Shown here: positions 60,320-64,000 of the stretch, one piece after another
Layout: each line of letters opens with the position of its first letter
Numbering within the stretch: the first letter of the stretch is position 1
NCBI GenBank assembly: GCA_038087875.1
Contig: CM075988.1
Span: forward strand, 19,718,001 to 19,782,000
Direction: 5' to 3'
DNA: 64,000 nucleotides
Source: Malacoraja senta
Taxonomy: Eukaryota
Notes under the pieces: model-generated
What the model was told of the DNA's origin: nothing
What the model saw: the letters and a program-made list of their open reading frames with translations, nothing else
Databases searched by the model: none
Made by a program: the position numbers and the translations under genes

Positions 60320-63300
60320 CAGAGGCAAGTACAATAACAACATTTAATAGACACTAGGACAGGTACATGGATGGGAAAGGTTTCAAGGGATATGGGACAA
60401 ACGTAGGCAAACACGACTAGCATAGATGGGGCATCTTGGTTGCCATGGACGAGTTGGGCCGAAGGGGTTGTTTTGTACTGTATGACTCTATGGCACCATG
60501 ACCTCTTACTCGCATTCAGGGCCAGCGGTTAAAGGCAAATTTCCTCTCCGTCCTACAGGGCAATTTTTCTTGGGACTCCACAAATACTAATGGTCCAAGA
60601 TGCCCAGAAGATCAACAGCCCCAAGGCAGACATACGTCTGTGCTTGTCTGTTAAAAGGGAAAGAGCAGACTTCCCATTCTCAGATGATCAAAACTATCTA
60701 TTAAAGGTGGAGGATATCTTTCACATCCAGCCTGTCATTGTTACTTAGAAGATGCTACAGTCAAGGCACCAGGATTCGCAAATGAACGCTGAACTTTGAA
60801 ATGACACTGGTGACTTGCATCAAATGAGCAGCTACAATGATTGGGTAAAGAGAGAAGCATAATACGTTTTCAAATTTCATACAGGGAGCAATTGTCAATG
60901 TCTGGATGACAATAAATAGAAGTAACTAGAGTAATTTAATATCTAATGTGCAACCACCAAAATCCAATGAGGACTGACAATGAATGTTATAGAACAGCAT
61001 TCTACAAGATATCATTCAGCTCAAGGCAATTACTCCTGCGTAATCTCAGTATTGAGTCTGTTTCTTTCCCTCTGTGTTTGCTGTGTCATGCACACACAAA
61101 AAAATGGAAGCTTCAGAACCACCCAGTATTTTCAGTTTGATGACTCCACCACACTTCACGCGGGCAGCTCCTGGTTATTAAACGTCCCGTCCCCCCCCCC
61201 CCCCCCCTCTGCAGGGAATTGTCAGTGGGGATGGGAATGATGTAATCTTTACTGTCACCGCGTATCAACAGATGGCAATCCTGGGCGGCTGCAAGAGAAT
61301 AAAACATCACTGCTCCGCGCTCAAAATGACAGGAAGGGCGTAAATTATATTACAGTAACATTACAGAAGTGACTTCACTACAAATGGATGTGATTCTGGA
61401 AACAGATGTCAATGCTGAAGATCTGTGCACCTCAAATCGGCAATGCTGTCCCAATTGCAAATCCATTGAGCTCAGTCTGTGTGGTAGCTGGAAAATATAC
61501 AAAATATATCCACAACTCCTCCATCCATAGATCACCCACCCCCGCCTACCCGCGTCCCCTATTTTTCCTCTATATTCCTATTCCCTTCTACCCACCATCT
61601 GATTCTATGTTTCTCTGCCCACTTTCCTTCCTTATCATATTCTATCATTTCCACATCACCTCCAGCCTTGGTTACCATCTCCACCCTTCTCACCCTCATC
61701 TCTCAAACAACCTCACCTTACCCAGATCCGCCTACCACCTGCCTGGTCTTGCCTCACCCCTTCGCCTTGCCTCTTTCTACCCACTTTCTCACCACTATTC
61801 CATAACTGGAGAAGGGTCCTAACCCGAAACATCGCCTGTCCGTGCCCTCCGCAGATACCGACCGTCTGTCCCGCTGAATTCCTCCAGCAACTTTGGTGCA
61901 AAACATAATGATTGTTTAAGAAGGAACCGCAGATGCTGGTTTAAATCGAAGAAAGGAGATGAGGAGGAATGTCTTTAGTCAGAGGGTGGTGAATTTGTGG
62001 AATTCATTGCTGCAGAAGGCTGTGAAGGTCAAGTCAATTAATATTTTTACGGCGGAGATTGATATATTCTTGATTAGTGCAGGTTTCAGGGGTTATGGGG
62101 AGAAGGCGGTAGAATGAGAAGGTGGTAGAATGGGATTGGACCCACTCACCGCGCTGCTGGGAGGAACATAGAACACTGCGGCACAGGAAGAGGCCCTTTG
62201 GCCCACAATGTTTGTGTCCAACATAATCTCATCAACCTGAAGATGATCCATATCCCTCTATTCCCTGCACTTCCATGTGCCTATCTAAAAGCACCACTAT
62301 CATATCTGCCTCCACCACCACCTCTGCCAATGCATTCCAGGCCCCCACTGTGCCCTGCACATCTCCGTTAAACTTTCCCCCTCTCACCTTAGTGCTTTCC
62401 TGAGAAAATGATTAGTGTATTTATTTACAAGTTGGGGGTGTGTGACAGGGAGAGGAGACTGTGATTGGTGATGAGCCATGCACCAGTTCTTACAGGTGGG
62501 AGCGTTGTTGGGATTCTGAGATTTTTTTTTAAAAAAGCAAAAAACAGAAATTGCCGAAGGAAAATCATTTAATACTCTATTGGTTTTTCTACCAAAGAGA
62601 TTTCAAAGCCAGTAAAGTGAGTAATTGGTAACTGTCAGTGTGACTAATACGGGTCGTATATGTTACTTGTTTTAGTTTAAAGCAAGTCCCAAGTCAAAGC
62701 TTTGGAGGAGACATCCAAGAGAAGAGAAAATAAGGTGGACAAGAAACCTTCTTCTGTAATATAGACTTAACTGCAAAAACCTTACAGAAATAGCATTTAT
62801 TAGCCATGGACAGACAACAATTTAAAAAAAACATGTTCTGACATGCTCACACATAAACAGATTAGGATTTTCCATTATTGGTAGAAACAGAAAATTGGAT
62901 TGAGGAAAAACCTCTACAAATTTAAGTTGATCTAATTTCAGCATTCATTCCTGCAGATGGGCTTGTTTTCTGGGTTGTGTGTGTTTTTTTGAGCAAGCAC
63001 ATATCTGTGAAATAAATGCATTCGGCAGCGTTGTGGTCCCTTGGGTTAATGTGGGAGAGTGGCTTTAGCACCAGCAGTGTGGGATATTCGATGTGGCTCA
63101 GCAGATGTGGTCTTGTCTGATTTCATTGCGTTTGTTGGAATGGACAATGTTCTCAGATTACAAAAGCTGGTCAACGGTTGAACCTTCCCTTTTAAGAATT
63201 GGTTTCCCCAAATGATATAAAAATGTATCAGGAGAGAAAGAGCCCAAACTTCACATTATTTTGTAGAAATACAGATCAAATCAAAAGGAGCAGACACCGA

Positions 63301-63599
63301 AAGATTAATTGGAATGCTGGGCATGACTGAAAATATTTGCCCCACTGCACACTGGTGATGGCTCGATTGTAATCATGCATTGTCTTTCCGCTGACTGGTT
63401 AGCACGCAACAAAAGCTTTTCACTGTACCTCGGTACACGTGACAATAAACTAAACTAAAAATATTTCCTTGTATAACAGCTCGGAGGTAAACCCTGGTTG
63501 TCCAGTTGTGAATCTCCACAATGATGCCTCTGGGCAGCAGGTAACAGTGACGTGAACTGTCCAGGGAGGGAAGGTCAAACAGCACTGGACTCTGTTCCA

Positions 63600-63900
63600 C
63601 CGGGCAGTGCTGAGCGGGTGCTGCACCATCAGACATGCCACCTGTAAGACCAAGGACCTACTGCTCTTTCAAGATGGTGTAAAATGACCTAGTGATCCAA
63701 TGGCATTTTCCAAAGTAGTCCTTGGTCTCAAAATCAACATTTATCCCTCAGGCTTTGACTGGAATTATCACCTTGCAACGTGTGGCAGCTTGCAGTGTGC
63801 AAAGTAGTCACCACATTTCCAACGTTACCAAGATGATGCATTTCATAGACTGATGGAGAATGTGCATCATTCGCTCAGAAGCCATTGTGATGAATGTCAC
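63600..63900 (+). mobile_element. DeuSINE-family relic
   Basis: gcagtgctgagcgggtgctgcaccatcaga...gatccaatggcatttt...caacatttatccctca...ttatcaccttgc...tgtggcagcttgcagtgtgcaaa resembles the Deu domain. Confidence 0.62.
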
Positions 63901-64000
63901 TTGCGGCTGGCTCGTGTGTGTCCAGTCAGAGCCAATAGTACGATTGTAGCCAATCTGATATATCATCTCAACAAACAAACGGGAAACTATAATTAGAGCA

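Overview
This is a repeat-dense, eukaryotic, non-coding window (intron or intergenic) with no recognisable host protein-coding gene. The repeat mix (CR1/HER1-type LINEs, tRNA-derived V-SINEs of the HE1 type, DeuSINE relics, Rex1/Babar tails, Neptune-type Penelope elements) points to a cartilaginous fish, probably a skate or ray; that is an inference. Nearly every ORF in the track is a decayed retrotransposon fragment, its antisense, or noise. The main points of interest are: (1) about 20 Penelope-derived terminal repeats carrying a minimal hammerhead-ribozyme-like core (CTGAAGA-A-GGGTC-TC-GACCC-GAAAC-GTC/GTT), several as tiny or palindromic insertions with 12-16 bp target-site duplications (TSDs); (2) five CpG-rich PIF/Harbinger-type MITEs that share a 14-bp terminal inverted repeat (TIR) and TAA/TTA TSDs but have different interiors; (3) a ~1 kb hAT-like element with a 7-bp TSD; (4) a lone RTE-X-like LINE fragment; (5) a ~3 kb frameshifted CR1 ORF2; (6) a candidate 33-nt frame-preserving microexon; (7) several locally templated duplications at insertion junctions. 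Family assignments come from motif recognition by eye, not database searches, and boundaries of decayed repeats are approximate.
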